Positions 47,344-59,958 of a stretch of 64,000 nt of DNA are shown here, piece after piece. Origin of the DNA: Octopus bimaculoides. Taxonomy: Eukaryota. The position numbers and the translations under genes were made by a program. The stretch covers positions 52,274,799 to 52,338,798 of the forward strand of contig NC_068996.1 in assembly GCF_001194135.2 (NCBI RefSeq), in the 5' to 3' direction. Every line of letters begins with the position of its first letter. Position 1 is the stretch's first letter. The notes below the pieces were generated by a model, which did not search any database, was not told the origin of the DNA, and worked only from the letters and a program-made list of their open reading frames with translations.

Positions 47344-48445
47344 TTGTGTATGTATGCAGGCTGTGTTAAGAAGTTTGCTTCCCAACCATATGGCTCCAGG
47401 ATCAGTACCACTGAGTGCCGCTTTGGGCAAGTGTCTTCTACTATAGTCTCTTAAATCCACTCACAAAGCCTTGTGAGCTGATTTGGGAGACTGAAACCTA
47501 AAGAAGCCCATCAGATACACACACATATGTTGGAGAAAGTTCAGGTAAGTTTAGGGAGCTACTACTGTTGGTGCAACAAAGATCTTTTTATACAGAGTGG
47601 AGGACAAAGTGTGTATGAAGCTTGTGTTAGAATTGCAATGCTGCATGGTAGTGACAAATTAACGAACTTAATCATGTTCAAATGTTTGTTTTGGTCCGGT
47701 TTCTATGGCCGCATGTTCTTTCTAACATCAACCACTTTAGAGTGTATAGGGTGCTTTATAAATGGCAGCTAGCAAGATTAAAGGGCCTAAGGCAGCATTG
47801 ATAGAGGGTAAAACATAAGAAAAACAGATTTATAGTCGTAGAGGTGGTTGTGGAGAGCGTAACTGAGTAGAGACTATTAGGAGAGAGAGTATGGAAGGGG
47901 AGAAGAGAAAGGAAAGGTGATGACGTGGCTTGTGGGAGGTATTTAGGACCATCCAACGATAAGGGCAAGTATAAATGAAAGGAAGGAAATAGAGGAGGGT
48001 AGCAAGGATCCAAAGTGAGTCGCTGAAGAAAAGAGGTGCAAGGATCATGTGGGCAGGTAAAAGAGGATGTTGAAGTTTGAGAAGGCAGCGAGAGGGAGGG
48101 AGGGAGAGAGAGAGGGGTGAGTGAGAAAGAGAACATGTTAAGTGGTGAGATGAGAGATGATTGGAGAGGGAAATTGATGGAGGAGAGAACGCAAGCAAAA
48201 AAAAAACGAATGATGAGATTAGATCTATACAGCCCCTCATACATAATCCTTGTGAAGAAATGAGACTGATTTGGGTTGGGTATGTAGGGTACCCTTTGAT
48301 AATTTGCAAGGTGAAGTATGAGTGATGAATGAGATGATTAACGGGCAGATGAATGAAAGAGGAAAAACGATCAATGATTAGATAAGAATGGGGTAAGAAG
48401 CACGAAAGGTGGCAGCAAATTACACTTTACAGGATACAAACATGC

Positions 48446-48980
48446 GTGGCTGTGTGGTAAGGAGTTTGCTTCCCAATCATATGGCTCTGGGTTCAGTCCC
48501 ATTATGTGTCTACTACTATAGCCTCAGATCAACCAAAGCCTTGTGAGTGGATTTGGTAGACAGAAACTGAAAGAAGCCTGTTGTATACATATGTCTATAT
48601 TTGTATGTCTGTGTTTGTGTGTCTTTGTTTGTCCCCCATCATTACTTGACAACTGGTGTTGGTGTGTTTATGTCCCCGTAACAATTTGGCAAAAGAGACC
48701 AAGAGAACAAGTACCAGACTTAAAAAGTCAGTACTGGGATCACTAGTGAAGCTGGAGTGTGTGCCACCCAGGGCAGCCCTTCCATTTGCTACCCCCTGAC
48801 TCCACATAAAACACATTGCTTACAGCAAACCCAAAAGTGGTGGTCCTTTAAAAGTGCTGCCCAGGGCAGACCACCACTACTGACTCCTGCTAGCTACGCT
48901 AGTGACTGGGGTCGATTCATTCAACTAAAGATTCTTTAAGGTGGTGCCCCAGGATGGCCACAGTCTAATGACTGAAATGA
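48446..48980 (+). mobile_element. SINE family A interrupted by a hAT-type MITE
   Basis: Head and tail are contiguous once 48741-48904 is removed. Confidence 0.8.
48741..48904. mobile_element. hAT-type MITE, 164 bp
   Basis: Imperfect TIRs CACTAG(T/C)G(A/T)AGCT; 8-bp TSD ACTGGGAT / ACTGGGGT; related sequence at about 37175-37325. Confidence 0.75.
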
Positions 48981-48993
48981 GTGTGTGTGTGTG

Positions 48994-49047
<54 letters not shown>

Positions 49048-49329
49048 TGTGTGTCCCCCCATGTGTATGTTGTATCTTTGTCTTGACATCATGTGATAGC
49101 TGAGCATCATATAAGTGATGTTGTTTGGTCCCAGTCTTCTATGGAAAAACACTTTCTGACCATGAGGGAAATATTACCTTGCTTGGAAACAGGTGATGGT
49201 TTGTGACAGGAAGGGCATCCAGCTGTAGAAAAGCTGTTGCAACAAATTTCGTGAGACCCATGTAAACAGAAAAGAGAATGTTAAATGATGACAAGGTGCA
49301 GGATTGGTTGTGTGGTAAGTAGCTCGCTT

Positions 49330-51049
49330 CCGCTGGCGTATGGGTGTTGATTTTTTGTCATTGAAAGAGTGAGTTGTTACCATTGTTTTATTGTTGTACG
49401 TTGAATTGTTATATTGTTGAAACTTATTTTGAACTGTTGTATTATGAAATTGTTGGCCTGTTGTGAGAAGACTCTTCCCCAGTCATGTGTGAAGCTGCAA
49501 GTAGTAGTTATGCATTGGCTATGATTAAAAGTACACCAACCAACATCCTGCAAGTTCTGGAAATTGTAGTAGAAGAAAGTAAGTGGAAAGACGCAAGAAA
49601 GTTCTTGAAGAAGAATGGAGAGGGTCTTTTGCTGACACCCCCAGTGGAAGTTAGTAAAAAGGTGGAAAAGAGAACTGTTGTCTACAGAACATGGCCCTCA
49701 GTCCTGAAGAAGATTGAGGTAGATCTAATAGAGGAGATTGAAGAATGTTTAGAGGTGAAGGAGTACACCACCTTCTATAACAGAGAAAGAAAATTTGGCA
49801 CAGTGGAGGTTAGGTTCACTAGTGTTAGCGATAAACCACTCCACTGTGCCAATTAAAACCAAGTTGTGGACCTTACTACCAAGTTATTGTGGGAGAAGAG
49901 TGTCCAGAATCATGATTAGAAGGATGCCTCCTGAAATAGAGGAGGCATGGCTGCTGGCAGTGGTGATGGAAAATATGGAAGATGAAGCAAAAGTATTAAA
50001 AATAAAGAGAACAGAAGAAATCAACTGGTTGGGATATGGGCTGGGGCTCACGGTTCTAGTTGGCCTAACGGAGATGCATGAGATTGCAGAAGAGGTGAGA
50101 TTACCTGATGGATATACAATGAGAATAACGGTGAAAGGGAGACCTCCTACCTGCTATCAATGTGGTAAAAAAGGTAAGTTAAGGGCTGTTTGCCCACAGA
50201 ATGAAGAGGAGAAGGTGGAAGTAGTGGAACAGAAAGGAAGAAACCCCAATAGTAGTGGAACAGGCAATGGAGGAGGATTGTACTGTGGCAAAGAGGAGGG
50301 AGAACAGTGGAGACTCACCTCCAAAGAGTGTGAGAAAGAATAAAAGAGGTGGGAAAAAGGAAAAAATGAATGAGAAGCCAGGAAATGGTGAGATGAAGGA
50401 AAAAGTATGTGGAAATGTGTGAATGGAGGATGTTATTCAGAAGTTATAGTTAGGAGACTATACAGAGGGTGGAGGAAGATGAAAATTCCAAGACTGTAGT
50501 GAGTGAAAGATGGGAAGAGAAAGAAGAATTTGAATTGATGGACGATGAGGATGAAGTGATGGACGAGAGTGAACTGGAGCGAAGGAGAAATAATTTTGGA
50601 AGGAATATTCAGAATTCGATAATTTACAAGTGTAGAAATTGAGGAAAAAGTCATGAAAATGAAGAACTTAAGAGTAAAATTGATAGGTAAGGATAATTTT
50701 AGAGTTATTTTATTAGAAAGAGATAGAGGTGAAAGATTACAGACACCATTTGAAAGGAAAATGATAGTCACCAAGCAGCAGGCTCGATATGACGAGCTGC
50801 TGCCAGTGGTGGCATACGAAGAATTGAAACCATATTGGTGGAATATAAAGGACTCATTATGAACTAAAGTTATTTGTGAAAAATTATTTTAAAAAGACTG
50901 CTAATTGTTGTATAAATGGTAAAGTGGAACTGCCCACTTGTGGGGGGAGGGTAGGTAAGCCACTTCATTTTCATCAAATTCATATAATTCATTCGTATAT
51001 GTTTTATGTACCTCACTGTGTTTGAGCCCTTGTGGCTAATAAAGAAAGA
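49330..51049 (+). mobile_element. L1/Tx1-like element encoding only ORF1 (HAL1-like)
   Basis: ORFs 49485-49856, 49795-50343 and 50653-50862; GRPPTCYQCGKKGKLRAVCP zinc knuckle (His replaced); no EN/RT motifs; AATAAAGAAAGAA tail; 13-bp TSD AAGTAGCTYGCTT. Confidence 0.75.
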
Positions 51050-51189
51050 AAGTAGCTTGCTTACCAACCACATGGTTCCTGGTTCAGTCCCACTGCATGT
51101 CACCTTGGGCAAGTGTCTTCTACTATAGCCTCGGTCCAACCAAAGCCTTGTGAGTGGATTTGGTAGACGGAAACTGAAAGAAGCCCGTC

Positions 51190-51237
<48 letters not shown>

Positions 51238-51447
51238 TTATGTGTGTATGTTTGTGTCTGAGTTTGTCCCCCAACATCGCTTGACAACTGATGCTGGTGC
51301 GTTTACGACCCCATAACAGTAGTTTGGCAAAAGAGACCGATAGAATAAGTACTAGGCTTCCAAAGAATAAGTCCTGGGGTCGATTTGCTCAACTAAAGGT
51401 GATGCTTCAGCATGGCCACAGTCAAATGACTGACACAAAGTAAAAGA
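51050..51447 (+). mobile_element. SINE family A (first part of head left at 49295-49329)
   Basis: Continues the head interrupted by the 49330-51049 insertion. Confidence 0.85.
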
Positions 51448-52029
51448 AAAGAACATGTCTGAATTACAACTCTGACAAATGGGAACGTGAAACTCTGAAT
51501 AGCAGTTTTTTTGTGATGTTTTTTCAGCTTTAATAATAATAAAGCATATTACTCTACCTCTGGTATTCGAGTACTACTTTTCCCCACCCAGTTTCACATT
51601 TACATGCTTACTCTGGTATATATTTATATATATCTTCTTAACCACAAAGCTACACAGTATGGTTAAGAAGTTTGTTTCTGAACCACATGGTTTCAGATTC
51701 AGTCCCACTGTGTAACACCTTGGGCAAGTGTCTTCTACTATAGCTCTGGGCTAACCAAAGCCTTGCAAGTGAATTAGGTGGACAAGAACTGAAAGAAACC
51801 CATCACATTCATGTGTGTATATGTGTGTCTCCTTGCCTTGACATTGCATGATTATTGCAAAAGCATGTCTGTCTGTAGGGAAATATTACCTTATTTAGCA
51901 ACAACAAAAAAAAAATCTACTTCAATAAACTCCATCTGTCCCATGCAAGCATGAAAAGATGAAAATTAAAACAATGACAATACACACACACACACATGCA
52001 TATTGAATTACCAGCCTCCATAACTACCA

Positions 52030-52920
52030 TCATTTCAATGCATGTTTTGCTGTGGATGGTTGAGTCTTTCACTGCTGCATTTCACTAATCAGTCGGCTTC
52101 TTTGTCATCTCCTTCACAAACTGTGGCATTTTCAGGTCACTTTTCACTTCATTCCGAGTTTTCCTTGGTCTCCCTCTTCCATGAGCTCCACTAATTTGGA
52201 GCACTTGACACATCCTTATACAGCAATCATCCTCCATTCACATCTCATGCCCATATCAACAGTCTTTTCTCTTGCACATTGTACTTAGTTTTTTTTTCTC
52301 GGCTGGTTTGTACTCTTGTGATCATGCACAACTAATATTACACAACCACAGAGCATAGTTCCTTTCTTTCTAACCCTCACAAGTCTTTTACATTCAAAGC
52401 CTGTATCTCACTGCCATGCAGAATTGCAAGTTCTAACACCAGCATCATACAATTTGACCGTCACTCTGAGAGAGGAGGCCTTTGTTACCAGCAGTGTTAA
52501 TAGCATCATGAACTTTTACCAACCTGTTCTTATTCTGGTTTCTATAATTCCAGAGCAATCACATCCACTGCTAATTATGTCACCAACAAAAACTATCAAC
52601 TACTTATATAGTGAGTGAACCAGCCAGGTATTTAAGAGACTAATTGGCTTAAATGCCTCGCTCTTAGTCATTATTTTGTATGTGGTCCTTCTGTCACCTA
52701 CAAAGCCTGCTTTTTCCGTCAAAGTACCTGTAATTCCACTATATCTCTTGTACATCCACAGCTTATACAGGGTACAGCATATGGAATTCCTATCTACTCT
52801 TTTTTTCTATATTGAGCCCAGCCATTTCCCTGAAAACCCCAGGGTCCAAACTTCTTTACTGCTTGTCTTAGCCAAGTTTGAGGCCTCTTGATTGTAGGTT
52901 TTGTTTTCCAGTCTGGAATA
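52030..52920 (-). mobile_element. Decayed RTE post-RT region
   Basis: FQTWKTNLQSRGLK..RNSICCTLYKLWMYKR..remnants on the minus strand. Confidence 0.7.
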
Positions 52921-53778
52921 CATACACATATTTATGTATAAACTTGCTACCGATTCAAATATACTTGAGACATATTCAAACAAGAATGCCATTCGTTTAT
53001 TTTGTCATGGAGAAAAATTCTGGCTGTAGACAAAAAGGTGTAAACATACCAGGTCAGTTCGGCGCCCCCACCCACCCCCGACTACTGTTTTTGTTAACAG
53101 CGAGAATTTTTCTTCGTGAAAAAAAATGCAGTGAACGGCCTTTTGGCGGTTTCGAATGTCTGAAGCGTATCTGAACTGGTGACAAGTTTATATTTATTTA
53201 TATAAATCAATCACTGCTTAGTGCTTCTAATCCACACACACAATATATATATATATATATATATATATANNNNNNNNNNNNNNNNNNNNNNNNNNNNNNN
53301 NNNNNNNNNNNNNNNNNNNNNNNNNNNNNNNNNNNNNNNNNNNNNNNNNNNNNNNNNNNNNNNNNNNNNNNNNNNNNNNNNNNNNNNNNNNNNNNNNNNN
53401 NNNNNNNNNNNNNNNNNNNNNNNNNNNNNNNNNNNNNNNNNNNNNNNNNNNNNNNNNNNNNNNNNNNNNNNNNNNNNNNNNNNNNNNNNNNNNNNNNNNN
53501 NNNNNNNNNNNNNNNNNNNNNNNNNNNNNNNNNNNNNNNNNNNNNNNNNNNNNNNNNNNNNNNNNNNNNNNNNNNNNNNNNNNNNNNNNNNNNNNNNNNN
53601 NNNNNNNNNNNNNNNNNNNNNNNNNNNNNNNNNNNNNNNNNNNNNNNNNNNNNNNNNNNNNNNNNNNNNNNNNNNNNNNNNNNNNNNNNNNNNNNNNNNN
53701 NNNNNNNNNNNNNNNNNNNNNNNNNNNNNNNNNNNNNNNNNNNNNNNNNNNNNNNNNNNNATAAATGGCGTGTGTGTG

Positions 53779-53811
<33 letters not shown>

Positions 53812-54209
53812 GGCACACCTATTACCAAATGTTAGTAAATAATGTTATACAGAGACTCGAATGAAATAGTGCAAATGACACAAGAATACTTCAAAATTGT
53901 ACATTTTTTGGGAAAAATCTTCAAATAAGCTGTATGTATATAGCATAGAAACATGTTATTTTGTAGAAGATAGTTGTACCTTCCAAACCATAATTTATTT
54001 CGATGTTTATTACATCTAGGTACTTGCAACAGCTACTGCGATCACATTCATTATATTACACTTAATTGTCAAATGAAATATTAAAAACAGTGGAAGGAGT
54101 TCAACCATACTTCAAAGAACTTTTGCTAAAAAAGACATAAACGAATGGTTAGAATGAATATATTTTCAAGTTAATGGAAGAAGCCCATACAGTTCTGAAC
54201 ACTACTTAC

Positions 54210-54238
54210 CTCAATACAACTAGTAGATAGTATATCCT
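54210..54238 (-). other. Candidate 29-nt exon (UTR or coding)
   Basis: Acceptor CTACATATTCAG, consensus donor GAG/GTAAGT. Confidence 0.3.
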
Positions 54239-54508
54239 CTGAATATGTAGTATATATTTTCATAAGAACTATGTATAATTCCTACTAGAAGTGTTGATAA
54301 TACAAAAGAGCAGCTGTAGAAGATTGTTTATTTGTGTACGTAAATACACACTGACAACACACTTGCAATTGTGTGTTGGTAAATATTCATTCATGTGTAC
54401 TTCTTATACACAGTTAGGTATGTATGTGTGTATATAAATACAATGTGTATGTATACATATATATGTGTGTGTGCGTATACACAAATATATATGTATTTGT
54501 ATCTTTGA

Positions 54509-54574
<66 letters not shown>

Positions 54575-54577
54575 GTA

Positions 54578-54612
<35 letters not shown>

Positions 54613-54749
54613 GAGAGAAGGAGAGAGTAGACAAGAAAAGGGGTAGAAAACTTAGATGTTGGGTAGTTAACAGTTATGTACCCCCCCGAATGCAGGTGCG
54701 TATCTTTGGACGAGGTAGTACACTAAAAGAAATAGAAGCAGTGAATGAG

Positions 54750-55270
54750 AGAAAACGGAAGTCAAACTAGCCTTACCTCAAATTCTTACACTACTCTTCT
54801 TCCGTTCTTATAGAATATGTTTTCAACAATTTATAACTTGTATTTTCTTCTAGAATTTTTCATTTTAAATCGTTAGACAATTAATTTTGTAAAGACAGTT
54901 CAAAAAATATTTTTATCATAGATATCCAAGCCATATGCCAAAAAGAAATATAGTTGCTCTTTAGCCCCAGGTCAACATGCTCAAGTAGAATTTATAACCA
55001 AAAGCTATAAACATCCTGTTTTCTTTTCCATTTTTTTTTTCTCCCGGAAGAATTCCAACTAACGTGTCATTCTTCTTTAAATCGACGGAGTATAGTTTAA
55101 GAGTCTATCAACCAAATATCACCCTAGCAGGTTCGATATCGCTTCCTTGTGCTTCTCCTGTCCTCACTGCTGAATATTATCATTTTCCGGTCTAATAGTG
55201 CCCAATTTCACTAAAAGTGAAATTTAAATTTCAAGATAATCTTGAACTGTAAAAAAAAAGGGCGGGCACA
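54750..55270. promoter_or_regulatory. Candidate promoter / first-exon region
   Basis: ETS-like CGGAAG motifs at 54756, 54799 (reverse), 55044 and 55185 (reverse); GGGCGGG at 55260; minus-strand donor GAG/GTAAGG at 54775-77 with no open coding frame upstream. Confidence 0.35.
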
Positions 55271-56332
55271 TACAAAGTGTATAACCAAATATTGGTGAAA
55301 ACGAATGTTCTGATTGAATTTAATCTTAATTTTAGTGTTTTTGTCTGAAATCCAGAAATCATGTATCTCAACACAGTTCGCAGTAGGTTTTATGCAAAAC
55401 TTGCCAATGTGTGTCTGTTCTGTGTATATATATAGTGTGTGTATATATATGTGTGTGTATGTTTGTGTTTATACTTTTGACATGTTTATTTTTATTTTAA
55501 CGAGTGTCAAATAAAACCTTTGGAATTCTGGTCTTCTCATTCCGATTGCAATTACAAAAAATGACATTAACACTTCTAATAGTTTTGGAAATGGCATTCA
55601 CATCACCTCCCATTCACACACTCCTAAATAAAACCAACGATAGAGCCTCTATGTCGTTGCTAAACCTGCCAGAAATAGCAGCCGAATCTTCCTCGAATCA
55701 AATTCTACCGACATAGAAGAGGACACGTTGGATAATCAACCCTGGATTCCTCGCTCATGGGAAAGAAAAAGAACTAAGGGTCACGGCTGGAATGCTTTTG
55801 ATAAGTTTACTCAGTCAGGCCTGTCGTGGGGCTAAACTATATCACTCCACACAATGTACAAAAATATTAACTTCATAATGTTACTACAATATTGTCACAA
55901 TAGTTAAACTTGTCAGTGAATTTATATACAGAAAAAAAACCCTTTTTTTTTTCTGTTTTATATGTAAAAGTTTTAGTAAAATGCGTTTTTTTTTTCCTCG
56001 CTCTGGTTAATAAAAAAATTAATTTTTTAGTGCTAATTTTAAATCATGCACGTTGTAGAATTCTACATTAAGTTCACAGTAAAACTCAAGGAAGCGTAGT
56101 AAATATTTATGAACAAATGCTTGTCTCAGTAATCTACACGCTCCTTTCAAAACAATGGAAAGGAAAATGCGTTGTTTAATATTTAGATATCAATGAGGAA
56201 TGACGATAATAAAATGAAAACATCTAAATAAACCACACACACATACATGCATTTCACTTCCGCTATCTGTCGCTTTCTCTCTCCCACCTCTCTGTCTATC
56301 TATCTATCTGTCTGTCTGTCTGTCTATCTATC

Positions 56333-56370
<38 letters not shown>

Positions 56371-56751
56371 TTATTTATCTATTTATATACGTCCACTTTT
56401 TTCCCATGATTACAAGAGTTGAATGGGATTTGTTAAGGTGGATTTTCTACAGCCATATTCCTATTCTGCTGACAGAATGGGCATCTGATATTTCCTCAAA
56501 TGAATGGAAACAAAGGACACTGTACCACCTGCATGACAATGACACACGTTCACAACTCATGTGATGCCAAGGCAAGAAGCTTGTAAAACACATACATACA
56601 ACAGGTTTCTTTCAGTTGCTATCTACCAAATCCACTCACAAGGCCTTGGTCAAACCAGAGCTATAGTAGAAGACACTTAAAATGTCAACAGTGAGACTGT
56701 ACATACAACCACGTTATTGGAAAGTAAACTTGTTATCCTACAGCCATGCCT

Positions 56752-56769
56752 GCGCGCGCGCGCGCGCGC
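56752..56769. repeat. (GC)9 tract
   Basis: Directly visible, at the head end of a minus-strand SINE A fragment. Confidence 0.95.
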
Positions 56770-57513
56770 AAAGTTGTAATAAAAATACAGCTAATCACAA
56801 CCAAGGAAAATTACCTTATTGAAAGTAATGCAACTGTAGGACAACTGATAATTGCCCCTCTAATGACTGCTGTGAAACCAGTAGAGAGCTTTTTACATGG
56901 CACCAGCAAGCTTAGTTTTAGGATAGGAAATTTGAAAGATAGGTTAAGTCCATAGAATCATGACTGAGAAAATATTTTATTGATTGAAAAGAAATGTGTT
57001 GACAGTACCTTACAGTTGTTTCAAGTGTAGTTTGTATAATTAGGTGCAGAATGTATATCACTTGCAACACAAAATGTTTGCAACTCATCCCATCATCAGA
57101 ATGTCTTGTATAGCAGCAGAGGAAATAGAATGTCTAAGGAAAGATGTAAATGTCTACAGGTCTTTCCTGATTTTCTTTGTCTATGCCCCTCTCCCCATCA
57201 CCACGACTCCTCTTCCTAAAGCTCCTCCCTCCCTCTCTACACCTGCATTCCTACTCACTACATCCCCATCCTCTCTATCCCCCACTCACCTTTTGCACCT
57301 TCACAATCTTACCTGGACACAATTTGTCCCTAATGAGTCTCTCTCTCTACTGCAACTCCTCTTTTTAACACCCTTTCCTTCTACTTGTGTTCACTCCCTG
57401 CATTCTTTTCTCCTCCATCTTTCACTCTCCTTTCACACTCTAGCAAACTTACCTGCCTATTCATACAGTTCAATCCTCTCCCTCCCACCCTCTCTCTCTC
57501 TCTTAAAGTGTGA

Positions 57514-57844
57514 GCCCCTTTGGTAATGAATGACCATGGGATTGCACCTAGAAAGTTACCCTCTGAGGCACAAGTCTGGGCAAGGTTGTTTATGGAAAAA
57601 CAGTAATCATCCATGCATACCAGCCTCCCCTCTCCATGCCATTGATGTTATCCAAGGGAAAGGCACAGGGGCCGATACAGCTTGGCACCATTGATGTCAC
57701 AACTCATTTCTACAGCTGAGTGAACTGGAGTAACGTGGAACAAAGTGTCTTGTTCAAGAACACAACATGCAGCCCAGTCTGGGAATCGAACTCACAACCT
57801 CATGATCATAAGCTCGACATGCTAACCACTGAGCCATGCACCTT
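57514..57844 (-). mobile_element. tRNA-derived SINE family C
   Basis: Matches 14585-14917. Confidence 0.8.
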
Positions 57845-58106
57845 AATATGTATATAAATATATATACACTCTGACATGTGTATATGTATAAATATGTGTG
57901 TATGTGTTTGTATATGTGTGTGAAGGTGTGTAGCCTCGTGTGTGGCCTAAATCATAAGTTTATGAATCTAATTCCTGGATCAGGTAGCACATTGTATCCT
58001 TGAACGATGCACACCATTTTACATTTGTTCCAGTATAGTCAGCTACAAAGGGACACCAACTGACTGCTGGTACAGCCCTCATTCTCTTCCTATTCCACTG
58101 AGTGTT

Positions 58107-58147
<41 letters not shown>

Positions 58148-58680
58148 CAGAGAAAGCACATGTGAAACAAGGTAGAAGAAAATAGTACTTGAATACAGCT
58201 TTCTTAATAAAGTATATAGAGAGAGACAATGACAGAAGACTGGGATCTTTGGAGATATGCCATGATTGAGAAGACCCGACAACTAAAGCGAGATCACAGC
58301 CACACATGTCTGGCCCTGTTAAGAATACCCCTGATGCATTGAGCGATATGATATGCTTGAGAAGACCGGTTGAGTCAAGTAAAACCAATATCATAGCTGG
58401 GGCTAGTGCCTTCTGACTGGCTCCTCTGCCGGTGGCACATAAAAAGCACCGCCTGAATGTGGCCGATGCTGGTACCTCCCCCCCCCACACACACACACAC
58501 TGACATCCACCTGTAGAAACATTGTTCATTGAGGGGGTGTGATATGTTGAGTTGTTAACCCAGTCTTTTTATTCTTTAACTAATATTTTACTCTTGTCTC
58601 AGTTATTCTGAGCACCTCCTTGCAGCCCTGTATAAAATCCATTGGTTTCCTAATAAGAAACCATTAATATTATATATATA

Positions 58681-59917
58681 CTAGCAGAAATACCCGGCGT
58701 TGCCCGGGTTAAAGAGAATAATGAAATCTAAAAACGCCGTCTAGACTACGCATCATCTTTATATATAGAGATGTATATACACACACGCACCCAAACACAC
58801 GTATATATATATGTATATCAATATAAATATATGAAAGTCAATGAAGTTTTGTAAAAGAAGGTGATCATGTACATACTTTCTTGCTGTTGTGATTATAACA
58901 CCTCATTGTAAACTATGTTCCTTGTTTTCCCTTGTGGAGCATATACAAATAGGTTTTTTGTTGCTGCCCACTCTTGAGCAGCCAACATACAGTTGTCCAT
59001 GTGAGAAGCAGGGCTCTTCCAAGAGAAGACCAGCTNNNNNNNNNNNNNNNNNNNNNNNNNNNNNNNNNNNNNNNNNNNNNNNNNNNNNNNNNNNNNNNNN
59101 NNNNNNNNNNNNNNNNNNNNNNNNNNNNNNNNNNNNNNNNNNNNNNNNNNNNNNNNNNNNNNNNNNNNNNNNNNNNNNNNNNNNNNNNNNNNNNNNNNNN
59201 NNNNNNNNNNNNNNNNNNNNNNNNNNNNNNNNNNNNNNNNNNNNNNNNNNNNNNNNNNNNNNNNNNNNNNNNNNNNNNNNNNNNNNNNNNNNNNNNNNNN
59301 NNNNNNNNNNNNNNNNNNNNNNNNNNNNNNNNNNNNNNNNNNNNNNNNNNNNNNNNNNNNNNNNNNNNNNNNNNNNNNNNNNNNNNNNNNNNNNNNNNNN
59401 NNNNNNNNNNNNNNNNNNNNNNNNNNNNNNNNNNNNNNNNNNNNNNNNNNNNNNNNNNNNNNNNNNNNNNNNNNNNNNNNNNNNNNNNNNNNNNNNNNNN
59501 NNNNNNNNNNNNNNNNNNNNNNNNNNNNNNNNNNNNNNNNNNNNNNNNNNNNNNNNNNNNNNNNNNNNNNNNNNNNNNNNNNNNNNNNNNNNNNNNNNNN
59601 NNNNNNNNNNNNNNNNNNNNNNNNNNNNNNNNAGTATCGAAATGTGATTGTTTCAGTTAGTGGAATAGTTTCATTTTTAAAGTGAAAGTATTTGACATGA
59701 GTGTTTTTGCTTCACTTTTGACACGTAATACTTAAATAGTGGAGGAGATATTATGTTGCCGTGGGCTCGAACTCTGCAAGAAGTTAATAATTTTTTTGAC
59801 TAAAACACAACTGGAACCCTAAGTAAGGCATGTGTAAAATTTGAATGGAATTGGTTGCGTAGTTCTCGAGTTTTAGGGATTCACACAGACAGACAGACAG
59901 ACACACATTCTCATTTT

Positions 59918-59935
<18 letters not shown>
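58681..59935 (-). mobile_element. Internally deleted Helitron with helicase C-terminus (spans gap)
   Basis: 5'-type end TATATATAAAAATGAGAATGTG(TCTG)n; AGLLLEEPCFSHGQLYVGCSRVG/NLFVYAPQGKTRNIVYNEVL* at 58893-59035 (one frameshift); 3' hairpin ACCCGG-GCAACG-CCGGGT then CTAG followed by T. Confidence 0.85.
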
Positions 59936-59958
<23 letters not shown>

